A DNA stretch of 64,000 nt, taken from the NCBI GenBank assembly GCA_015232855.1, contig JADFYW010000004.1:21488-85487 (forward strand). Reading direction: 5' to 3'. A model generated the notes under the pieces. It saw nothing but the letters and a program-made list of their open reading frames with translations. It made no database searches and had not been told where the DNA came from. Position numbers and translations under genes: made by a program. Position 1 is the stretch's first letter. Each line of letters opens with the position of its first letter. This document shows positions 1-8,961 of this stretch, piece by piece. Source of the DNA: Fibrobacteria bacterium. Its GTDB lineage: Bacteria; Fibrobacterota; Fibrobacteria; UBA11236; JADFYW01.

Positions 1-1
1 A

Positions 2-238
2 AGAAAAGAGGGTCTGGTTACCGTACAGTGTGACCCACACAATTTTGAACAAAGTTGGATTTGGGTACTTGCTCATCCATACGCTTCTGTAACGGATATT
101 AATGGAGATTTTAAGATAGATAGCATACCAACAGGCCCTTATAAATTAAAAATATGGCACGAGCGGTTTGGTTATAAATATATTGATATTACCGTAAAAC
201 CTGATAAAAATACAAACATAACTATTGAGTATGAATGA
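2..238 (+). CDS. 3' fragment of a protein with a carboxypeptidase-regulatory-like (beta-sandwich) C-terminal domain
   Basis: Frame 2 is open from the window edge to TGA at 236-238: ...VQCDPHNFEQSWIWVLAHPYASVTDINGDFKIDSIPTGPYKLKIWHE..., a typical 'HPY..VTD..G.F.I..IP.G.Y.LK.WHE' pattern. Confidence 0.6.
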   Translation, partial: RKEGLVTVQCDPHNFEQSWIWVLAHPYASVTDINGDFKIDSIPTGPYKLKIWHERFGYKYIDITVKPDKNTNITIEYE

Positions 239-257
239 TAAACAGTAAGAGGACCTT

Positions 258-761
258 ATGGAAATGCGTATAAGTAATTTTTTTCTTTTTTCGTTCCTGG
301 CATTTTGTTTATCAGGTTGTGTGGCACTTCAGGATGTCCTTAAAACCACATCAGTGCAGCCACCACAAGGTACTCTTTCAAAACTAAGGTTAAATGTACT
401 GGACTCGTATATAAGTGGGAACCTGGAAGTCTCGAACCCGAATGCTTTTGACTTGCCTATGCCGAAATTTAGTGTAGATATTTCCCTGTCTGGCAAAGCG
501 ATTGGAAAAGCTTACAACGAGTTTTCTGGTACCATTAAAGGTAATAATAAGGTGGATATCCCTATTCGTATAAATGTAGATTTCTTTACCAGTATTATTT
601 CTCAACTTTCAAGTTTTGTTGTTACTCAGAGGGGTAATGTGAAATATACCATTGAACTGGGAAATTTTTATTTAGCTCTGGAATCTCCCTGGGAACTCAC
701 ATCAGGGAAAGCTACCATTAAGAAACCTGATTTTGGAACTATGAAGTTCCTTCAGAAATAA
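258..761 (+). CDS. LEA type 2 / WHy-domain lipoprotein
   Basis: Lipobox LSGC; VSNPNAFDLP motif typical of LEA_2; RBS GAGGA. Confidence 0.75.
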   Translation: MEMRISNFFLFSFLAFCLSGCVALQDVLKTTSVQPPQGTLSKLRLNVLDSYISGNLEVSNPNAFDLPMPKFSVDISLSGKAIGKAYNEFSGTIKGNNKVDIPIRINVDFFTSIISQLSSFVVTQRGNVKYTIELGNFYLALESPWELTSGKATIKKPDFGTMKFLQK

Positions 762-775
762 CAATGAACATCTTT

Positions 776-3250
776 TTATAAAAGGCCCAGAGCCTTATCA
801 AGCAGGAGAGACAGACTGAAAGGTTTAGGGATACTATCAGTCAGGCTATTTTTAAAATCAGGACAGCTATAATTTTCTATTTCCTGGTTAGTCAAAAATA
901 GAGTCGAGGGACAGGGGAATATTATTTCTTGCAATTTGTGGCAAAAATCAGGACCAATATTTTCTGATATCTCACAATCAACAATAATAAGTTTCAAAAG
1001 ATCTTTTTTTGATTTTCCTATATATTCTAAGGCGGCCCTTATTGTTTGCTCTGTCACCACATTGTAACCACGGATTTCAAATGCGGAATAGAGCATGTCG
1101 GTGATGTTATTATCGTTATTTAACAGTAAAACGGTTTCCTTTTTAAAATTCCCTTCCTGCAAATTTGCTGTTTTGTCCGCACTAAAAATTCGGCCTCGTC
1201 CACTCTCCTTTGCCGCATACAAGGCAATATCTGCCATAGTAACCAGTCCATCCATGGTGGAATCATCTGTGGGATATGATGAAACACCTCCACTGAAGCT
1301 TATCTCTACATCCGGATGCCCAGGTACTTCGATATTGTTTCTGATGTATTCCATTAACGATGCCAGTACAAATTTCGCGCGAACAGCAGGCAGGCCTTCA
1401 AATAAAACAAGAAATTCTTCACCACCCCAACGAAAGGATATATCCGATTGTCTGAATGAACTCCTTAGGGTTTGCCCGAATTGAATAAGGACACTATCAC
1501 CAGCGTTATGGCCAAACCGATCATTAATTGATTTAAATAAATCCAGATCAAGAATCGCAAGGGTAAGGTTTTTTCGTTCTCTGTGACAACGGGAAAAAGA
1601 AACCTCAAATAATTCATTAAACGACCGACGATTGTAAAGACCTGTTAGAGAGTCATGTTTTACATAAAAGTGTAGCTGCTTTTGTTTTTTTATTTCATTG
1701 CTTATTTTTGCCCTGATAAGTTCATTGGATATTGGCTTTACCAGAAAATCATCGGCTCCTTTTAAGTATGTGGTTTCAATAACATCTGGATTGTTTTCAA
1801 AGGTGATTACAATCAGGGGAATATCCTTATAACGGTAATCTGTTTTGATACTTTCAAGTAATACCATACCAGAAAATCCAGGCAGGTGTAAATCAAGCAG
1901 TACCAGATCGGGAACAAAATTTTCAAGTTCTTCCATAAGGTTATTGCCATTATAGAGATGTTGTATGTCAGCGGGAATTCCTTTTAACATTTCCTTCAGA
2001 AGTCCGCCCAAACTCCGGTCACCGTCTACTAAAATTATTTGAAATTTTTTTTTGTCTTCATTGTCCAGAGCGATTTTAAGGTCTTCCACCACTTTATTAA
2101 ATGAAAAAGGTTTTTCTATAAAAAGGTCTATCCCGTAACGGACCGCTTCAATGCGGTTTTCCATACTACGGTCAGACGAGGTAAGTGCCATCATCGTATG
2201 ATTTTCCAGAGCATGGCTGTTGCGGAATAACTTGATTAATTCAAACCCGGTTACGGAACTATCAGGGAAATTTTTATCAACTATCATGATATCAGGTTTT
2301 GTATCCGGGTTACTTACCAGGTTAACAGCTGTTTCAATATTAGATTCGCATCTTATAGTAATGCCGGCCTTTTCTCCGACTTCGGATAGATTATTGATGA
2401 GCGTGGAATCATCATCAATAATTAAAACCTGGTAGTTCTGGGTTCCCCAATCTTTTTGGCTTTGTGTGGTGGTAATACCTGGTTCTCTGTCTTTAGATAA
2501 TGTGGTATTGACATGTTCTTCATCGGAATCGATCTGAAAAGCATTTTTTATCTTGAGATAATAGCCCGTCAATGAATCCAGCCATGGTTGGGGTATTAAT
2601 TTCCCTGATTCCGAAAATAGTTTTAATCTACTCTCTAATTCTCTGGCTATCCGGCTGACATCATGGAATCCATAAGAGCCTGCACTTCCCGCAAGCAAGT
2701 GAATGTCGTCTTTTAGGGAGCGTATCGTATCGGGATTAGGGGTCGACTGGAGTCGGGTGATGAGTTTTTCAAGTTTACTGAGCTTATTGTATAACGTTTT
2801 AACATACTCTTTGCGCAGATCATTGAGAAATGGGGTATCTTGAATTTCAGATGCTTTTATTTGTGATGTTGTTCTTGAAATATTAGTAAAGAAATTTTTC
2901 AAATCTTGATTATCAAGAGGCTTATTGAGAATGTAATCTATTTTATGGGTTTCTTTTAAAAGGTTATAAGACTTTGCATCGGAATACCCCGAAGAAATAA
3001 ATGCAGTTATCGGTTTGATTGGTAACCGCTCCAGTATCCATTGTGATAGATCTATACCTGAGCCATCTGGCAGGTAACCATCTAGGATTACAACATCATA
3101 ATTTCTTTCCCGTAGTAACTGTTTGGCCTGGACAACCCTGTGTACTATTTCAAGGTCGATAGAGAATTCACCGGAAAGTTTTTTAAAAATGAAACAGAAA
3201 TCGGTGTCATCATCAACCATCAAAACGTTTATCTTATTCGGTTTATTCAT
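776..3250 (-). CDS. Multi-receiver Hpt-containing diguanylate cyclase (REC-Hpt-REC-REC-GGDEF-REC)
   Basis: REC acidic pockets (VDDD, IDDD), Hpt HLLAGSAGSYGF, DSLTGLYNRR, I-site RQSD, GGEEF. Confidence 0.9.
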   Translation of the reverse strand: MNKPNKINVLMVDDDTDFCFIFKKLSGEFSIDLEIVHRVVQAKQLLRERNYDVVILDGYLPDGSGIDLSQWILERLPIKPITAFISSGYSDAKSYNLLKETHKIDYILNKPLDNQDLKNFFTNISRTTSQIKASEIQDTPFLNDLRKEYVKTLYNKLSKLEKLITRLQSTPNPDTIRSLKDDIHLLAGSAGSYGFHDVSRIARELESRLKLFSESGKLIPQPWLDSLTGYYLKIKNAFQIDSDEEHVNTTLSKDREPGITTTQSQKDWGTQNYQVLIIDDDSTLINNLSEVGEKAGITIRCESNIETAVNLVSNPDTKPDIMIVDKNFPDSSVTGFELIKLFRNSHALENHTMMALTSSDRSMENRIEAVRYGIDLFIEKPFSFNKVVEDLKIALDNEDKKKFQIILVDGDRSLGGLLKEMLKGIPADIQHLYNGNNLMEELENFVPDLVLLDLHLPGFSGMVLLESIKTDYRYKDIPLIVITFENNPDVIETTYLKGADDFLVKPISNELIRAKISNEIKKQKQLHFYVKHDSLTGLYNRRSFNELFEVSFSRCHRERKNLTLAILDLDLFKSINDRFGHNAGDSVLIQFGQTLRSSFRQSDISFRWGGEEFLVLFEGLPAVRAKFVLASLMEYIRNNIEVPGHPDVEISFSGGVSSYPTDDSTMDGLVTMADIALYAAKESGRGRIFSADKTANLQEGNFKKETVLLLNNDNNITDMLYSAFEIRGYNVVTEQTIRAALEYIGKSKKDLLKLIIVDCEISENIGPDFCHKLQEIIFPCPSTLFLTNQEIENYSCPDFKNSLTDSIPKPFSLSLLLDKALGLL

Positions 3251-3317
3251 TAATAAGATGGTACAATTCGATGGGGTAAAAGGGTATAAAAATATGGAGG
3301 GTATCTGTAATAGTACT

Positions 3318-3490
3318 CAGTTATCAGTCATCAGTTATCAGTTAAAAAAAATGCGCTTCGCGATTTTACATCCTTTTACTTCAATTCTTTTCTTTTTATG
3401 TCACTTTAAGAGAAACGCATGTAAATAATTTTAAGTAAGTACCAATTGTACAGTATTATTAAACTGAAAAGTGAAAACTGATAACTGACA
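3318..3490. repeat. Intergenic element with inverted heptamer-tandem ends (CAGTTAT-type left, AACTGAn-type right)
   Basis: tcagttatcagtcatcagttatcagtt ... aactgaaaagtgaaaactgataactgac; related ends at 7689-7735, 22488-22810 and 34188-34308. Confidence 0.6.
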
Positions 3491-3645
3491 AATTTGGGGT
3501 CAGACCAAAAATGGTGAAATTGAGCTGTTTTCAGTAATTTTAGACTTGATATAGGGGTTAGATGGTCAAAAAATGAATTAAAATGCCCCGATAAGCTAAC
3601 TGGTGTGAATTTATATGCTGTTTGTTTGCTGTTGCGTAATAGCGA

Positions 3646-4188
3646 TTATAGATATCCCAATGAAAGTTCACCAATAATTAGCAAAACGGAAAGCAACATA
3701 CCAATAAGAAAAATCCGGTAACTGTATCCTAAATAACGGTATTTTTTATGTTGGAGAACCTGTCCCAACTGATAAATATCATTGAGAATAGTTTTGAAAA
3801 TAGTCTCATCTTTTTTGATTAAGGTCTCCATATGTTCGTAGTATTCCTCAAAACTTTGCCTGGAATAAAAAGAAAAGAATAACGGATTATAATGGGGAGT
3901 GTTTGGTTGAATATGTTTCTTTTTTGGAATGGAGGGCATGACTGCCATTAAAGCGCAGGCAGCAGCTGCCAGGGTGAAAATACTGAGAACCAGTAATCCG
4001 GCAGACACACCTGCTGATTGCATACGGCTGATCGCAACAGTTAAAACCAGGAATGCTGCACCCATGAGAATATTTGCTTTTTGGTCCGCCATTATACTCA
4101 ACTGAACATGATGCTGGTGGGTAGAACGTAACATATGTACGACATTCAGGCGTCCATGGAAACTCACTGGTGGGATATCTTCATTCAT
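3646..4188 (-). CDS. DUF5706 / Pycsar-effector-like membrane protein (standalone)
   Basis: HHVQLSIMADQKANIL...NPLFF...DIYQLGQVLQHKKYRYL pattern with 3 hydrophobic segments. Confidence 0.8.
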   Translation of the reverse strand: MNEDIPPVSFHGRLNVVHMLRSTHQHHVQLSIMADQKANILMGAAFLVLTVAISRMQSAGVSAGLLVLSIFTLAAAACALMAVMPSIPKKKHIQPNTPHYNPLFFSFYSRQSFEEYYEHMETLIKKDETIFKTILNDIYQLGQVLQHKKYRYLGYSYRIFLIGMLLSVLLIIGELSLGYL

Positions 4189-4512
4189 AAAATATGGCTT
4201 TTTTTCACTATTTTAAGTTAAAATTGATGATTAATAATATACCAAGACAAACAGGATGTAAAGTTAATAATCAACTAATTAAGAATAAAAAGTATAACTT
4301 TAAGCCGTTATTTTTCAAAGTTATCTACAGCTTTGTTGAGTTGCCCAGACATTTCAGTCTGATTGGTTGTGTGTAGATTTTCCTGATTAATTGCCTTAGT
4401 TATTTCACTGCTTCTTTTTCATAATTTAAAGTTAGGCGCAACTAAAAAAAAGTTGTAATAAATTCGTAATTCCATCGACAAATAGGGAAATCAATAAGAG
4501 GATTATGGGATA

Positions 4513-5376
4513 ATGACGCAAAAATGGAAGATAGGAGTTGGGCTGAGGGTTCCTCATTATGGGGAAATCTTCTCTGAATGGCCAGATGTTGATTTCTTTG
4601 AGATTATCTCCGAGAATTACCTTTCCCTTTCCGGCACCCCCAAAAAGAACCTGGATAAAGCTCTTAGTAAATATCCATTGGTGATGCATGGGGTCTCCAT
4701 GAACCTTGGGTCTACGGATGAGCTTGATACCCGTTATCTGGATAAGATAAAAAAACTGGCAAGTTATACGGGGGCTCCTTATCTCACTGACCATTTATGC
4801 TGGACCGGGGTAGATGGCGTTAATTATCATGATTTACTACCTATGCCCTATACAAGGAAAAACGCTGTTCATTTTGCTGAGAAAATTAAACAGGTCCAGG
4901 ATTATATCAATATACCTTTTGGTATAGAAAACCTTTCAAGTTATGCCACATTCAGCTCTTCTGAAATGACCGAATGGGAATTCTTTAATTTAGTTGTGGA
5001 ATTGTCGGGATGCTCCTATATGCTGGATATTAACAATGTTTATGTATCCTCTGTTAATGCCGGTTTTTCTCCTGAAGAGTATCTCAAATCAATTAAATGG
5101 GAAAAGGTATTGCAGTGTCATATTGCAGGACACTCCAAACAGGACGATGGTTCATTAATAGATACCCATGATAACCCCGTATGTGATGAAGTCTGGCAGC
5201 TTTATCAAAAGGCGTGGGAAATGAGTGGCGGTTTTCATACTCTGCTTGAGTGGGATGCCAATTTCATGAGTTTTAAAGATACCCACGCAGAAGCACAAAA
5301 AGCAAGATTGTACCAGCCGGAAGTTCAACACTCTTTTGTTCCGGACTCTTTTAAATCCCGGGAGGTTTTAATATGA
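4513..5376 (+). CDS. DUF692 multinuclear non-heme iron oxidase (MNIO, BufB/MbnB family)
   Basis: GVGLRVPHY, FFEIISENY, HGVSMNLG, TDHLCW, IENLSSY, LDINNVYV, HIAGH, IDTHD, LLEWD. Confidence 0.95.
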   Translation: MTQKWKIGVGLRVPHYGEIFSEWPDVDFFEIISENYLSLSGTPKKNLDKALSKYPLVMHGVSMNLGSTDELDTRYLDKIKKLASYTGAPYLTDHLCWTGVDGVNYHDLLPMPYTRKNAVHFAEKIKQVQDYINIPFGIENLSSYATFSSSEMTEWEFFNLVVELSGCSYMLDINNVYVSSVNAGFSPEEYLKSIKWEKVLQCHIAGHSKQDDGSLIDTHDNPVCDEVWQLYQKAWEMSGGFHTLLEWDANFMSFKDTHAEAQKARLYQPEVQHSFVPDSFKSREVLI

Positions 5377-6203
5377 GTCAGGAAAAATTACATCGTTTTC
5401 AGAATATGTTTGGGAATACTCTGAGCACTCCCTTTAGTTTTTTGACAGGAGAAGCAACCTGTCAGACTGAATTATATGACGAGGATATTAAAACAGAAGT
5501 ACAGATGACCCCATTTAAAAATGCGGTACAATCATTAACCGTCTATAATCAACAATATTGGTATCGCCTGTTCAAAATAGTCCAGGACAGTTTTCCGCTA
5601 TTAAATAAATTGATAGGTCCGTGGCAGTTAAATCAGTTAACCACATCCTATGTAAAGGCTCATCCATCTTCTTCTCCGGTTTTAGATACCCTGGGGGCAG
5701 AGTTGCCCGAATATATTCAAATGGGAAGTTGGACAGAAGGCCTTTACCCAGATGCAGCCTATACTAAACGGGACCTAAAGCTGCTGTACCAGGCAGCAGA
5801 ACTTGAAAATATTTATAATGAACTTTTATACCTCGCCAATGTGAATGAAATGTCCGACAGCGTAGTTTCGGGTAACCCGAGGATTAAGCCCCAGGTAAAA
5901 CTCTATGCAGAAAACTGGCCGCTTCTTTCACTGAGAAACGAATTGGACCAGGTGAAAGAAGGTATTAAAGATATTGAATATAAACAATCACATTGGGCAA
6001 TTTGTAAACAGAACAATAATATTGGTTTTTACCATCTTGCCACAACGGCTTATAAACTCATGAAAGAAATAATCCGTTTCGGTGGATTAAACGAGGGTAT
6101 CGAACATATAGAATCTGTTCTCAGCGTATCAGAACTCAAAGAAGCTGAAGTTCATCTGGAACAGTGGTGTTATCAGTGGGGTAAACGGGGATGGTTCTAT
6201 TAG
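5373..6203 (+). CDS. DUF2063-type MNIO partner protein
   Basis: VYNQQYWYRL...FPLL..LIG...Y..AHPSSSP.L..LG motif; ATGA overlap with the DUF692 gene. Confidence 0.85.
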   Translation: MSQEKLHRFQNMFGNTLSTPFSFLTGEATCQTELYDEDIKTEVQMTPFKNAVQSLTVYNQQYWYRLFKIVQDSFPLLNKLIGPWQLNQLTTSYVKAHPSSSPVLDTLGAELPEYIQMGSWTEGLYPDAAYTKRDLKLLYQAAELENIYNELLYLANVNEMSDSVVSGNPRIKPQVKLYAENWPLLSLRNELDQVKEGIKDIEYKQSHWAICKQNNNIGFYHLATTAYKLMKEIIRFGGLNEGIEHIESVLSVSELKEAEVHLEQWCYQWGKRGWFY

Positions 6204-6233
6204 AATTTTTTCAACAAAAACAAAGGAGAAACC

Positions 6234-6554
6234 ATGGTAGTAAAAAAAAGTAAACTCAGAAATCTTGCAATTGCAGGGATAATAGCCGGTTCAACTTCAC
6301 TTGGGGGGTGTTTCACCGACAGTGATTCGGATTCTAAAACCGAGGACACCAATAACATGAATCAGGCTGCTCTTACCACAGAAGCAGATTTTAAAGCCGA
6401 TTGCGAAGCAAAGGGCGGTATGCTGGAAAGTATTGCAAGCTGTAATGGTCATGCAACCTGTGCGGGGCAATCATTTTTTAACGGAGAGGTAAAAGTACAT
6501 GACTGCGCGGGTAAAAATGATTGTGCAGGACTTAACTGTAAAATCAGCTCATAA
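6234..6554 (+). CDS. Cys-rich lipoprotein, putative MNIO RiPP precursor (bufferin-like)
   Basis: Lipobox LGGC; two CxGxxxCxG motifs (CNGHATCAG, CAGKNDCAG); strong RBS AAGGAG; adjacent to DUF692/DUF2063. Confidence 0.75.
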   Translation: MVVKKSKLRNLAIAGIIAGSTSLGGCFTDSDSDSKTEDTNNMNQAALTTEADFKADCEAKGGMLESIASCNGHATCAGQSFFNGEVKVHDCAGKNDCAGLNCKISS

Positions 6555-6649
6555 TTGATTTTTCCATATCTTGAGAATACAAAAGGCTAAGCGCTGCCTG
6601 CTATCGCGGGCAGCTTCTTAGAACACATAAAATAAAATTGAAGTGAAAA

Positions 6650-7552
6650 ATGGACCATCTTAAAAAAATATTCTTATACGTTACTGTTGTATTGTTTGTC
6701 TGGCCAGGGTTAGCTGCAGCAGAACGGAAAGGTAAGATCAACTGGTTATATGTGTCAGCTGGGACCTTGCTTGACCGTTGGCAGGGGAAAACACTGACAA
6801 GCTGGGAAAGCAGAGTGGGGCGACCATATCCTCCGGCTAATACACCGCCTCAGAACTTTTATGGAATCAACATTGGCGCTATGTGGCAATGGCACTTTAA
6901 TCTCAAGACCGGCGTACATCTTAATTTGTTTTACAATCGCATTGGAACTTATGAAGCCTATCAAAGTGGTTATATTGTTACGCTTGAAGACGGGGTGGCG
7001 GGTATGGGTGACATATGGATTCAGAACGTTTTTAATTTGAAATTGATCCCAGGTGAAGGAGAGGTTAACTTTTATATCCCTGGTATATATCAAAAGAGTA
7101 ATACAAACATTTCTCCACAGGGGACGACGGTTGATCCGTGGACAGGTCTGGGAGCATACCATCTGGGGATTGCCTACCAATTAAATTTCCCCAAGTTTTA
7201 TGGGTATATATATGGCAAGTGGGCACTGCCCTCTGGAAGGCGTTCTCAGGTTGAAGTCGGGGACCAGGATATTGGCGCCAGGGTCGAACTAAAACATCAA
7301 TTCGGTACTTTGTATCAATTTAAGGCAGGGCTCCTTAGTGAATATCGTAGTTATCATTGGAAGCAGTTAACAGGAGATTTACGAAGAGACTTTTCGGTGA
7401 GTCCCGTTTTGGTAATTGGGCACCCGGTTAAATCTAATTCTGAAATATCATTGTCTATGGGTTTCTCCGCTTTCAGTTGGATAGATGATAGTTTGCTAGA
7501 TAAGCCGTTAGGGAAGGTCTTTTTCGGAATTTACTATGGGATATATCTTTAG
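6650..7552 (+). CDS. Secreted, putative outer-membrane beta-barrel protein of unknown function
   Basis: Signal peptide, aromatic-rich beta strands, C-terminal FFGIYYGIYL. Confidence 0.55.
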   Translation: MDHLKKIFLYVTVVLFVWPGLAAAERKGKINWLYVSAGTLLDRWQGKTLTSWESRVGRPYPPANTPPQNFYGINIGAMWQWHFNLKTGVHLNLFYNRIGTYEAYQSGYIVTLEDGVAGMGDIWIQNVFNLKLIPGEGEVNFYIPGIYQKSNTNISPQGTTVDPWTGLGAYHLGIAYQLNFPKFYGYIYGKWALPSGRRSQVEVGDQDIGARVELKHQFGTLYQFKAGLLSEYRSYHWKQLTGDLRRDFSVSPVLVIGHPVKSNSEISLSMGFSAFSWIDDSLLDKPLGKVFFGIYYGIYL

Positions 7553-7740
7553 CCATTGTTCTTCTGCAGAAATCAGCTTTCCGTTAATATATGTGCATAG
7601 CGATGGTAATAACTTTATCCTGTTTCATACTTTTTCCGTTATGTTACTCCAGAAGAAGGACGTTCCCTTTTCTGAGGTAAGCGCCATTTGTACAGCATTA
7701 TTAAACTGACAACTGACGACTGAAAACTCGAAACTGTTAG

Positions 7741-8454
7741 CTACATCTTTATCATCATCGGTATCCTGATATTCATCATTAAATAAATCTGACCCATTAA
7801 CCAAAGATTGTCGTTGTTGAAGTCACCAATTTCAAAAATTTTGGAATCAACACTCATTTCCTGAGGTACATAACCGATACCTTCAAAGCCGCTGGATAGT
7901 TGAAAAATACGTGAAAATTTAAATTGAAAGTTAAGCTTCGCATTGAGACCCGGTCGGAGAAAATGCATTACCGTTCCTTTTTCATCTTCGAATAATTTGT
8001 CAGAATGTATAAAGAGATAACTGAGATTTAACCCAAGGTTCAAGTTTACGTCCAGGAAGGCACCGGATACGAGCCCCAAACCTGCTCCCACGGGACGGAA
8101 GTTTATGCCGTAGATACCGGTGTTCTTAATCTTTGGGGAGAAAATAATCGATTCCGGGATATACACCTTGCCAATTTTCACAGAACTTAGTTTTTGAACC
8201 TGTTTTCGAAACTTCTTAGGAATTTTATTCTTGTTTTTTTCTAAAACGGTTTTATCGATAAATGCATGCATATCGATTTTAATGCCATAATGAATGGCCT
8301 GGTCTTTGCCAATGACGCCATTATAATAGTTGAACTCTGGTCCCACACCGACATTGAGGGGGATACTGAACTCCTGCTTGCCTGCAGAAAGGTGTGAAAA
8401 GAAACAGGTGAGTAGAACAATAGTAGTTGTGAAATTGAATAAAACGGCATTCAT
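7741..8454 (-). CDS. Hypothetical secreted/outer-membrane protein
   Basis: Signal peptide, amphipathic beta-strand pattern; RBS AAAGG. Confidence 0.55.
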   Translation of the reverse strand: MNAVLFNFTTTIVLLTCFFSHLSAGKQEFSIPLNVGVGPEFNYYNGVIGKDQAIHYGIKIDMHAFIDKTVLEKNKNKIPKKFRKQVQKLSSVKIGKVYIPESIIFSPKIKNTGIYGINFRPVGAGLGLVSGAFLDVNLNLGLNLSYLFIHSDKLFEDEKGTVMHFLRPGLNAKLNFQFKFSRIFQLSSGFEGIGYVPQEMSVDSKIFEIGDFNNDNLWLMGQIYLMMNIRIPMMIKM

Positions 8455-8961
8455 ACTTTTCCTTTTTCCTGGTTTGATGTCTGTTCCAAGATAAATTTTA
8501 TGTAAGCAAGTTACTTGTTTTCATAAGATTGTAAGGGGCTGTTCTTTGCTTTTTGAACTTAAACTGGATTTGAAAAGAAATGAAATCAATAAAAAGTAAA
8601 ATAATATAGAACACCTGGTATTAGTAAGGTTATCAATAAATGCCTTATAAACCGTAAATAAGCTAAATAATGGTGTTTAAAAAATGTTTAAAAATAATGA
8701 ACGATATATAAATAAATAAATTACCAAAATGTTGCTTGACTATTGAACAATTTCGACTAACTTAAGAATCACAGGCTTATTGAATCTTTTGGAATATATG
8801 CCGGGAGGTCTGGAATGAGAGTATTCTGGAATAGATGGGGGGAAGCTTCGGGCTTAATACTTGTTGTTTCTGGCATGGTGAAATTGAACAGAGCTTTTTC
8901 AGGGTGTTCATACACATCCTGAAACGAGTAATACTTTTGGATTGTTCTTTAGAGGGCGGTT

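Noticed and set aside
3646..4188. Complete Pycsar anti-phage system
   Set aside because: No cyclase gene adjacent
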